NCBI GenBank assembly: GCA_046496215.1
Contig: JAWOHH010000087.1
Location: forward strand, 1,665 to 65,664
From: Desulfobacterales bacterium
GTDB lineage: Bacteria; Desulfobacterota; Desulfobacteria; Desulfobacterales; SpSt-501
Direction of reading: 5' to 3'
Length of the DNA stretch: 64,000 nucleotides
Of the stretch, positions 56,856-64,000 are shown one piece after another. The position numbers were made by a program, and so were the translations under genes. The notes beneath the pieces are model-generated. The model saw only the letters and a list, made by a program, of their open reading frames with translations. It searched no databases and was not told the DNA's origin. Position 1 is the first letter of the stretch. The number at the start of each line of letters is the position of its first letter.

Positions 56856-57605
56856 TCACAAGCTCTTCAGTCTTTTCTGGAGGGCGTTGCCGAACCCCTC
56901 CAGGCTCACCAGGTAGATCGAGGTGCCGACACCGATCAAAAACAGCGCGACCAGAATCTTGGCCAGATCGCTCTGGTAGAGGGCAATGCGGATGCTGTAG
57001 CCGATGCCTGCCGTCGCGGCGATGAACTCCGCCACGATGGTGCCGACCATGGCCATGGTGGCGCTGCCCACCACCACGGTGCTGATCTTGTGGATGTTCT
57101 CGAAGGCCCGGATTTTCACCTGCAGCCGCCAGGTCATCCGCCGGGTCGACTCGTAGAAGTGCTCGATCTCGGACACCGGTTCGGAGAAAATCCCGATGAA
57201 GGAGAGCAGCAGCGGAAAATAGCAGATCATGGCGGCGATCAAAAGCCGGGAGCCTATCCCGTCGCCGAGCAGGATGAAAATGATCGGGGCCACCGCCACG
57301 ATCGGGTAGGCCTGGATGTTGTAGGCCGCGGTGCGGATGAAGGAACCGACCCAGGCGGTCAGCCGGCCCAGAATCGCCACCACCGTCGCCAGGCCGATGG
57401 AAAGCAGGTGGCCGAGGATCGCCACCGCCAGGGTGTTCAACACGGCCAGAAGATAGGGGCCGGCATAGACCGCGGCGGTCCGGCCGATCTCCGCCGGGCC
57501 GGGGACGACGTAATCCGAGAGCCCCAGGCTGTATTTAAGCGCAAACAACAGCGCGATCCCCAGGGCATAGATCATGAAGAACTGGTATATGCGCCTAAGC
57601 AGCAT
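56856..57605 (-). CDS. ABC transporter permease (NitT/TauT family)
   Basis: 6-TM BPD_transp_1-like protein. ATG 57605 is preceded by GGAG and overlaps the ATPase gene end. Confidence 0.75.
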   Translation of the reverse strand: MLLRRIYQFFMIYALGIALLFALKYSLGLSDYVVPGPAEIGRTAAVYAGPYLLAVLNTLAVAILGHLLSIGLATVVAILGRLTAWVGSFIRTAAYNIQAYPIVAVAPIIFILLGDGIGSRLLIAAMICYFPLLLSFIGIFSEPVSEIEHFYESTRRMTWRLQVKIRAFENIHKISTVVVGSATMAMVGTIVAEFIAATAGIGYSIRIALYQSDLAKILVALFLIGVGTSIYLVSLEGFGNALQKRLKSL

Positions 57606-58290
57606 GAACGATCTCCAGCAGGGTCCGCTCCAATCGCTCCGGTTGAGGGGCGGGGTGCTCCTGCGCCTGATCGGCGCCGCGGACACAGGCGATCTGCGGG
57701 GTCTTCGACGCTGCGCGCAGGACCAGGACCCGGCTGCAAAACCGGGCCACCTCGGCCACGTTGTGGGAGATGTATAGAAAACAGCGCTCCGGGAACACGG
57801 CCTTGATCTTCAGGATGATTCTTTCGCGGGTGGATTCATCGACGTTCGCCAGGCTCTCGTCCATGATGAGTAGGTCGAAATCCTGCAGGAGGTAGCGCAC
57901 CAGGTTGGCGCGGTTCTGCTGTCCCATGGAGAGGCGGCTGAAGCGCGAGTCGACGCAGCCGTCGATCCCGAACTCGGCGATCAATTCCTCGGCATGCAGA
58001 CGGCGCTCGGGCGGCGTGGTCTCCTCTATGTGGCGCCGCACGCTCGACCAGCCGGGCAGCCGCTCAAGGTTGTAGGTGTAGAGAACGCGCCGGCTTCCGT
58101 TCAAGGAGATCTGCCCGCTGAAGCCCCGGATCTCCCCGGTGAGCATCCGGGCGAGCGTGGTCTTTCCCACCCCGGAGGGCCCGAACAGTGCGTGGAATCC
58201 CGCCGCCGGCAGCTCGAAGCTCAGGTCGGAAAACAGGTTGCCGGTCGCGTTGGGATAGCGAAACGCCAGCTGGCGAACTTCCAAATTCAT
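57595..58290 (-). CDS. ABC transporter ATP-binding protein (NitT/TauT family)
   Basis: ATG 58290 gives 'MNLEVRQLAFRY'. Walker A 'GPSGVGKTT', signature 'LSMGQQNR', Walker B 'LLIMDE'. The long ORF-track N-terminus was rejected. Confidence 0.85.
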   Translation of the reverse strand: MNLEVRQLAFRYPNATGNLFSDLSFELPAAGFHALFGPSGVGKTTLARMLTGEIRGFSGQISLNGSRRVLYTYNLERLPGWSSVRRHIEETTPPERRLHAEELIAEFGIDGCVDSRFSRLSMGQQNRANLVRYLLQDFDLLIMDESLANVDESTRERIILKIKAVFPERCFLYISHNVAEVARFCSRVLVLRAASKTPQIACVRGADQAQEHPAPQPERLERTLLEIVHAA

Positions 58291-58397
58291 TCGACGCGGG
58301 CGATGGTAATAAAGTTGGGTTTGCCCTCGACGATGACGCCGACGATAACGGTCGGGGTCGGGTAGAGCGCGTTGACGCCTCCTAGTGTGCGTTTCAT
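58287..58397 (-). pseudogene. 36-codon remnant of a flavin reductase-like (Flavin_Reduct) gene, coupled to the ABC ATPase start
   Basis: AGGAGG 7 nt upstream of ATG 58397. 'MKRTLGGVNALYPTPTVIVGVIVEGKPNFITIARVE*' matches the N-terminus of ~190-aa flavin reductase family proteins. The stop overlaps the next ATG (ATGA). Confidence 0.5.
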
Positions 58398-58583
58398 CGG
58401 ATGCCTCCTGCACGGGCACGGCGGACCCCTCACCGGACACTCCTACCCGCGAGTTCTGGGTGCGCTTAGGTGCCGGATGAATAGCCCGATGAAAGTGTAT
58501 AGCAGCAACCCGTTTGATTCTCAACCGGGACGGCGCCTTTCTTGCCAAATGGCGCCCCGCGGGGTAATGGATAAGCCGGATAG

Positions 58584-60434
58584 GTGATGAAAATGGCCAT
58601 TCGACCCTTCAGCCTACAGGGGCGCTTTACGCTCTATCTGATCTTGCCCGTCTTGACTCTTCTGTTCGTCATAGGGCTCATCGGCTTTTTCTTCGCCCGC
58701 GACCTTTTGCTGGATCAGTGGCAGGAGTCGGCGATTCTCAAGCTCGAGCGGGCCGCTCATCAAATGGACATGCACCTGGCAGCCGTCAAGCAAGGGATCC
58801 TCCTGTTCCATGACATTTCCGGCAGCCGTCACGACGATGCGTTTCATGCGTGGGCCTTGGATCGGCTGCGGCGTCAGGAAGGCATCATCGACGCCAGGCT
58901 GAATTGGAATAGCCCCCAAGAGCAGCCCAATTCGGCCGCAGAGTCCCACCCGCCGGCGACAGGCATGGGGCACGGTGTGCGTGCCATGGGCACGGCCGGC
59001 GGCATGCGCCGCTTTCAAAGTGCGCGCATCCGCGAAATCACCGCCCCTCGTTTTGATGCCAGCGGCGCCCACGGCACCATCAGCATGGTATCGGAGCTGC
59101 TCGATGAGACCGGGGCAGACATCGGCCGGCTCGAGGTGATCGCCGACTTCGATCTGATGTTCGGCCACGTGGTGGAATCGGGCTGGTGGCAGAGCAGCAA
59201 GGCTTTTCTGGTGGACGAAAACGGGCAGATCCTCGTCTGCACGGTGCCGGGACGCCATGGAAAGATCAACGACACCGGCGACCCGCTTGAAAAAGCGACG
59301 TTTGCGGCCATGGCCGATGAAACGCGGGGCACGGTGTGGGGCGAGGGCTATCCCCCATCGGAGATCGGCGGTTTTTTCCGTCTTACCGAAGCACCGTGGT
59401 TCCTGGTGATGATCGCCCCCGGCCGCGAGATTCTATCCCCCATCATCCAGTTCCGGTGGGTCTATTCGATTGCAGTCATCGGGTTGATCCTGCTGGTCAC
59501 GGCCCTGATCCGGCTGGTCACGGGGCGCGTGGCCTCCGAGATAAAAACCGTTTCCGAAGCAGCCCTACAGCTTTCGAAGGGAAACTTCGGCGATCCTCTC
59601 CAGGTCAAAAGCCGTGATGAAGTGGGCGAGTTGACCCGCAGCTTCAACCTCATGACCAGCGATCTGCGGGAGCGTCTGCAGCTGAAGCAGGCCATGGGTC
59701 TTGCCATGGAGGTCCAGCAAAACCTGCTGCCGGCCGCAGCCCCGTCGCTGGCCGGATTCGACATCGCCGGCCGCAGCGTCTACTGCCAGGAAACGGGCGG
59801 GGACTACTTCGATTACATCTTCCGGACCGGGGACGCAGGCATTCGGCATCTGTGCATAGCCGTGGGCGATGTGGTCGGCCATGGGATATCGGCCGCCCTG
59901 CTGATGACCACCGTGCGGGCCTTGCTGCGTATCCGCCTCGACGGTCCGGGCCCCATCGGCGAGGCAGTGACCGATGTGAACCGCCTGCTGTGCCGGGACA
60001 CGGAGCCCAGCGGGAGCTTTGTGACGCTATTTCTGTTGCAGGTCGAAGAAGCCACGGGCCGCCTCGCATGGGTGCGGGCCGGTCACGACCCGGCGCTCTT
60101 TTTCTGCGCAGCGAGCGGGGAGATCCAGGAGTTGGGCGGCCCGGGAATGGCGCTGGGGGTCGAAGAGGCCTTCTCCTATCCGGTCGCCAGCCTCCCGGGA
60201 TTGGCCTCCGGCGACATCGTGCTGATCGGCACAGACGGTATCTGGGAGACCCGGAACGCGCGCTCGGAAAAATTCGGAAAAATTCGTTCCGGCGAGATCA
60301 TGCGCCGGCATCGCCAAGAGCCGTCAGCGGTGATTTTAGGGGCCGTCCTGCACTCCCTGGAGGAGTTCCGCGGAGACATGCCGCAGGAGGACGACATCAC
60401 CCTGGTCGTGTTGAAGACCGCATTCCCTGAATGA
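58584..60434 (+). CDS. Membrane sensor with periplasmic domain, HAMP domain and PP2C/SpoIIE-type serine phosphatase domain
   Basis: Two TM helices flank a ~250-aa extracytoplasmic region. HAMP '[16 protein letters not shown]'. SpoIIE blocks 'GGDYFDY', 'GDVVGHG', 'GTDGIWE', 'DDITLVVLK'. Start among GTG 58584, ATG 58587 and ATG 58593. Confidence 0.8.
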   Translation: MMKMAIRPFSLQGRFTLYLILPVLTLLFVIGLIGFFFARDLLLDQWQESAILKLERAAHQMDMHLAAVKQGILLFHDISGSRHDDAFHAWALDRLRRQEGIIDARLNWNSPQEQPNSAAESHPPATGMGHGVRAMGTAGGMRRFQSARIREITAPRFDASGAHGTISMVSELLDETGADIGRLEVIADFDLMFGHVVESGWWQSSKAFLVDENGQILVCTVPGRHGKINDTGDPLEKATFAAMADETRGTVWGEGYPPSEIGGFFRLTEAPWFLVMIAPGREILSPIIQFRWVYSIAVIGLILLVTALIRLVTGRVASEIKTVSEAALQLSKGNFGDPLQVKSRDEVGELTRSFNLMTSDLRERLQLKQAMGLAMEVQQNLLPAAAPSLAGFDIAGRSVYCQETGGDYFDYIFRTGDAGIRHLCIAVGDVVGHGISAALLMTTVRALLRIRLDGPGPIGEAVTDVNRLLCRDTEPSGSFVTLFLLQVEEATGRLAWVRAGHDPALFFCAASGEIQELGGPGMALGVEEAFSYPVASLPGLASGDIVLIGTDGIWETRNARSEKFGKIRSGEIMRRHRQEPSAVILGAVLHSLEEFRGDMPQEDDITLVVLKTAFPE

Positions 60435-61491
60435 GCGCCAGGTCGGCCAACACCAGAGCCGCCATGCTCTCCACGATCGGCACGGCACGGGGGACGACGC
60501 AGGGGTCGTGGCGGCCCCTGGCCTCCAGGGTAACCAGCCGCCCCTCGGTATCCAGGGTTTGCTGAGCCCGGCCGATGGTGGCCGGCGGCTTGAAAGCCAC
60601 CCGGAAGAGGACGGGCTCGCCGTTGGTGATCCCGCCCTGCACCCCGCCGCTTCTGTTGGTGAGGGTCCCCAGACGCCCCTCTTTCAGCACGAACGGGTCG
60701 TTGTGTGCGCTGCCACGCATGCGGGCCCCGGCAAACCCTGAGCCGATCTCGAAGCCCTTGGTGGCCGGAATCGAGAGCATGGCCTGGGCCAGCAGGGCCT
60801 CGGCCTTGCCGAACACAGGCTCCCCCAGCCCGGCGGGCACGTTGCGGCAGACGCAAGTGACGACCCCGCCGACCGAGTCCGCCGCCTCGCGCACACGGGT
60901 GATCTCCGCGATCATGCGCTGCGCGGTTTCCGCGTGCGGGCAGCGGATATCCGTCTGGTCCACCGCCGTCCGGTCGATGCTCCGCGCATCCGTCTCCGGC
61001 GAATCGATTTCACCCACTGCGCTTACCCAGGCGACGATCTCGACTCCATATCGCATGCGCAGAAATTTTTCCGCCACCGCGCCGGCCGCCACCCGGCCGA
61101 TGGTCTCGCGCGCACTCGACCGGCCCCCGCCGCTCGCCGCCCGGATGCCGTATTTCGCCTGATAGGTGAAATCGGCATGCGAGGGACGGGGGATGCGGCT
61201 CAAATTCTCGTAGTCGGCGGGCCGCTGATCCCGGTTCAGCACGAGCAGGCCGATGGGAGTCCCCAGGGTGAGGCCGTTTTCGGTGCCGCTCAGGATGACG
61301 ACCCGGTCGGGCTCATCACGCTCGCTGGCAAGCCGGCTCTGGCCGGGCCGACGGCGGTCGAGCTGGCGCTGAATGTCGGCCTCGGAGAGCTCGAGCGTAG
61401 AGGGGCAGCCGTCGATGACGACCCCAACCCCCCGCGCGTGGGACTCCCCGAACGTGGTTGCCCGAAACAGGGTCCCGATCGTGCTGAACAT
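60397..61491 (-). CDS. aroC: Chorismate synthase
   Basis: ATG 61491 gives '[30 protein letters not shown]'. 'GRSSARET' and 'RHDPCV' blocks. Confidence 0.9.
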   Translation of the reverse strand: MFSTIGTLFRATTFGESHARGVGVVIDGCPSTLELSEADIQRQLDRRRPGQSRLASERDEPDRVVILSGTENGLTLGTPIGLLVLNRDQRPADYENLSRIPRPSHADFTYQAKYGIRAASGGGRSSARETIGRVAAGAVAEKFLRMRYGVEIVAWVSAVGEIDSPETDARSIDRTAVDQTDIRCPHAETAQRMIAEITRVREAADSVGGVVTCVCRNVPAGLGEPVFGKAEALLAQAMLSIPATKGFEIGSGFAGARMRGSAHNDPFVLKEGRLGTLTNRSGGVQGGITNGEPVLFRVAFKPPATIGRAQQTLDTEGRLVTLEARGRHDPCVVPRAVPIVESMAALVLADLALIQGMRSSTRPG

Positions 61492-61684
61492 TGGCTTGAC
61501 CCCTTCCATCGCGGCAGGATGCCGCTCCCACACATGGTTTGACAGCAGTCCCCCTGATACCCCCGGTCGAGGGATTGTGGAGCTCTCGTTCAGGCTTATA
61601 GTAGGGTAAAGGGTTTTGCAAACGGTTTAGAACATCAGCAAAATTTCATCAAGTCGATAATCCAAACGCCATGAGGCTCTCGAT

Positions 61685-62425
61685 ATGAAACGTTATTTCG
61701 ATATTGCGTTGTTAGCGATCGCCGGCGCGTTGGGGGCTGCCCAGCCGGCCGCCGGCCAGACTGCCGCCACGGGCGCAGTGATTCCTGCTATCGATGCGGC
61801 GGCGCCGGCCTCTTTTGAAACCGCCACCTTCGCCTTGGGCTGATTCTGGGGCCCGGACTCCAGGTTCGGAGTCCTCGACGGGGTGATCCGCACGCGGGTC
61901 GGCTATGCCGGCGGCAGGCTGGAAAACCCGACTTACCACAAGCTCGGCGACCACACCGAGACCCTGCAGTTGGACTACGATCCTTCGAAAATATCCTATG
62001 AGAGGCTATTAGAAATCTTCTGGCAGGAGCACGACCCCGCCAGCCGGTCGTGGTCCGCGCAGTACAAGGCGGCCGTGTTCTTTCAGGGGGACGAGCAGAA
62101 GCGCCTGGCGCTTGAAACCCGCGATCGAGTGGCGGCCAAGCTCGGAAAGCCGATCCGCACCGAAATAATCCCCTTCAGCCGGTTCTACCCGGCCGAGGCC
62201 TACCACCAGAAATACTACCTGAGGGGCAACAAGCGCTTTCTGAAGGAGCTCCAACGCTATTTCCCGCAGGAGGTCGACCTTATGAACTCAACCGCAGCCG
62301 CGCGGCTCAATGGATATTTGGGCCGCAGCGGCAGCACCGAAGCCCTCGAGGCCGAGATCGACCGCTATGTCCTTTCCGAGGAGGGGCGCAGCGAGCTCTT
62401 GCGCCTGGCGGGAGCCAAGCGGTAA
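61685..62425 (+). CDS. msrA: Peptide-methionine (S)-S-oxide reductase MsrA, predicted selenoprotein (UGA at 61841-61843) with N-terminal signal peptide
   Basis: ATG 61685 and the ORF-track fragment 61883-62425 are in the same frame, interrupted only by TGA 61841. Read-through gives 'ATFALG-U-FWGPDSRFGVLDGVIRTRVGYAGG', i.e. TGA replaces the catalytic Cys of GCFWG. Downstream hairpin. 'MKRYFDIALLAIAGALGAA' is signal-like. Confidence 0.75.
61855..61874 (+). promoter_or_regulatory. Candidate bacterial SECIS hairpin for msrA UGA
   Basis: GGACTCC-AGGTTC-GGAGTCC: perfect 7-bp stem, 6-nt apical loop containing GGU. The loop begins 18 nt after the UGA. Confidence 0.55.
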
Positions 62426-62435
62426 GAAGGTATTG

Positions 62436-63113
62436 ATGAAACCGGCCACCGACACCCCAACCGCTGCGGTGCCTTGCGGATCCTGTGCGGAGATGCCTGC
62501 AACCGCCGGGGAGATCCTGGTAGCCGGCGTTTATGCCGCCGTGGACGAGGCAGCCGGCCGTGAAATTGCCCGGTTGAAGCGCGAGGAGGGGATCGTCCCC
62601 AGCTGCAGGCGGGGCTGTTCCGGCTGCTGCTGCGGGCAGCACATCCAGACAAATGCCCTGGAAGCCCACGTTTTGGGTCGATTCATCAAGCGCACCTTCT
62701 CGCCGCGGCAGATCGAAGGACTCAAGCGGCGGACCCATGCTTGGCATCTCACCGATGAGGCTCGCCGCGGCCGGCCAGGGGATGCCATCATACACGAAGA
62801 ATACCTGCCCAGTGACACCCTTTGCTGCCCAATGCTGGTCGAGCAGGTCTGCAGCGCCTACCAGGTTCGGCCGGTCATCTGCCGGACGCATTATGTCAGT
62901 TCGAACCCCTCCGCGTGCCAGCCGCCCAACGGGCGCCACCCGGCCGGTGACGCGCCGGTGACACTCACTTCCATCATCGAGGCAACCTCTCCCCTTGCGG
63001 ACGCCTTGCGGGCCGGAATCGAAACCACCGGCTGCGACTATTCCCGGTCCATCATGCTCCTGCCGCATTGGTTGGCGATCGAGCTGGGATGGGATTTATC
63101 CGAACCAGGTTGA
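62436..63113 (+). CDS. YkgJ/UPF0153-like Cys-rich putative Fe-S/zinc-binding protein
   Basis: 'CRRGCSGCCC' (CxxCxxCC-type) and later 'CCPML....C..Y..RP.ICR' motifs of the PF03692-like family. ATG 62436 after GAAGG. Confidence 0.6.
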   Translation: MKPATDTPTAAVPCGSCAEMPATAGEILVAGVYAAVDEAAGREIARLKREEGIVPSCRRGCSGCCCGQHIQTNALEAHVLGRFIKRTFSPRQIEGLKRRTHAWHLTDEARRGRPGDAIIHEEYLPSDTLCCPMLVEQVCSAYQVRPVICRTHYVSSNPSACQPPNGRHPAGDAPVTLTSIIEATSPLADALRAGIETTGCDYSRSIMLLPHWLAIELGWDLSEPG

Positions 63114-63180
63114 CCTACCGCTTCAGCCATCGATGCAGGCTGCACAGCATCAAAGCCGATTCATTTGATAATACGGTTTT

Positions 63181-63975
63181 TCAAAAAGCCCCCCATATCA
63201 TCCTCAACGCCACGACGGCCAGGAAAGCGGCAAACACACGCTTAAGCGCAGGCAGGGGCAGTCGGTGCGCGAGCCGGGCTCCAAGCGGCGCGGTGAACAT
63301 GCTGGCCATGGCGATGCCGAAGAGCGCCGGAAGGTTGATGTACCCCAAATTGTGGGCCGGAAGGTTCGGAGCCGACCAGCCGTTGACGACATATCCGAAG
63401 GCCCCCGACACCGCGATGGGCATCCCGATGGCGGCTGAAGTGCCAATGGCATGATGCAACGGCAGGTTGCACCAGGTCATGAACGGCACCGAAAGGGTGC
63501 CCCCGCCGATCCCCACCAGACTCGAGATGATTCCGATGAACCCGCCGACGCCGAAAACCCCGGCCGGCTTCGGGAGCTGCCGGGTCGGTTTCGGTGTCAG
63601 ATTCAGGATCATTTGCAACGCCACGTAGAGCAGAAAAGCGGCGAAAATGCCCTTGAGCCACAGTGCAGGGAGCCTTGTGGCCACCCAGCTGCCTGAAAAG
63701 GTCCCAAGCAGGATGCCGGGGGTGATGCGCTTGACGATATCCCAATGAACGGCCCCGTGGCGCTGATGGGCCCGCAGGCTGGAAAATGAGGTGAACATGA
63801 TAGTGCCCAAGGAGGTGCCAAGCGCCATGGGCATGATGTGCTCGGGAACGACCCCCTGAGCGGTAAACAGAAACACCATGATAGGGATCACGATGACTCC
63901 GCCGCCGATGCCGAGAAGCCCGGCAAAAACGCCTGCCACGGCCCCGGCCAGCGGATAGAGAAGGTATAGCGTCAT
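63181..63975 (-). CDS. TauE/SafE (TSUP) family anion exporter-like membrane protein
   Basis: 264 aa, ~8 TM helices, duplicated 'G..GIGGG....P' motifs. Confidence 0.8.
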   Translation of the reverse strand: MTLYLLYPLAGAVAGVFAGLLGIGGGVIVIPIMVFLFTAQGVVPEHIMPMALGTSLGTIMFTSFSSLRAHQRHGAVHWDIVKRITPGILLGTFSGSWVATRLPALWLKGIFAAFLLYVALQMILNLTPKPTRQLPKPAGVFGVGGFIGIISSLVGIGGGTLSVPFMTWCNLPLHHAIGTSAAIGMPIAVSGAFGYVVNGWSAPNLPAHNLGYINLPALFGIAMASMFTAPLGARLAHRLPLPALKRVFAAFLAVVALRMIWGAF

Positions 63976-64000
63976 CTTTGTCCTCGAGATTGGGTGCCGC

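Noticed and set aside
58398-58583. Possible TPP riboswitch upstream of the NMT1/THI5-like ABC transporter operon (also checked 56702-56855).
   Set aside because: I looked on the minus strand for the CUGAGA ... ACCUGAUCUGGAUAAUGCCAGCG core. Only loose fragments are present (UUGAGAA, ACCCAGAAC) and no coherent P2-P5 architecture.
1-64000. Scan for CRISPR arrays, tRNA/rRNA genes, transposases, toxin-antitoxin pairs, and retron or DGR-like features.
   Set aside because: By eye there are no regularly spaced direct repeats, no cloverleaf-like segments in the intergenic regions, and no transposase, reverse-transcriptase or Cas-like translations in the ORF track. The only mobile-element traces are the integrase-like remnant (19194-19733) and the MITE-like repeat.

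Overview
High-G+C (delta-proteobacterium/Desulfobacterota-like by eye) chromosomal segment, densely coding, with about 55 genes. All calls rest on reading the supplied translations and the DNA; no searches were run. I found no rRNA, tRNA, CRISPR array or intact transposase. Gene content from left to right: (1) the end of an M1 aminopeptidase. (2) An alternative complex III (ACIII) operon in the unusual order actB-C-D-F-A. It is fused to a cbb3-type oxidase cluster: ccoN, a ccoO-cytochrome c fusion, ccoS, two small membrane proteins, a monoheme cytochrome c and the ccoI P-type ATPase. (3) A visibly lower-G+C block carrying a BKACE (DUF849) enzyme, a TctABC tripartite transporter, a class IV aminotransferase and an odd integrase-like/GntR regulator. 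(4) tdh-kbl, dienelactone hydrolase, ftsH, ubiE and a UbiA-family prenyltransferase. (5) fumC, an RND efflux pair and an HD-GYP/HDOD protein. (6) sucA-sucB-lpd, a CDF transporter and a stand-alone GMP-synthase ATP-PPase domain. (7) motAB with a near-consensus sigma28 promoter, then MOSC, metXW, ilvD, a FadH-like reductase and a NitT/TauT-type ABC transporter. (8) A HAMP-PP2C phosphatase, aroC, msrA, a YkgJ-like protein and a TauE-like protein. The most notable observations are: (a) msrA has an in-frame TGA exactly at the catalytic Cys of the GCFWG motif, followed by a SECIS-like hairpin, and begins with a signal peptide, so it is probably an exported selenoprotein that ORF callers truncate. 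(b) A degenerate tyrosine-recombinase-like domain lies in frame with a FadR-type GntR regulator at the edge of the low-GC catabolic block. (c) The ACIII/cbb3 cluster is non-canonical: actA is last, the actE-like gene lies after the oxidase genes, CcoP is dismembered, and ActB keeps a MopB FS0 Cys motif. (d) Three long palindromic intergenic elements are present, one of them MITE-like. I cannot claim a clearly new multi-gene system from this window.
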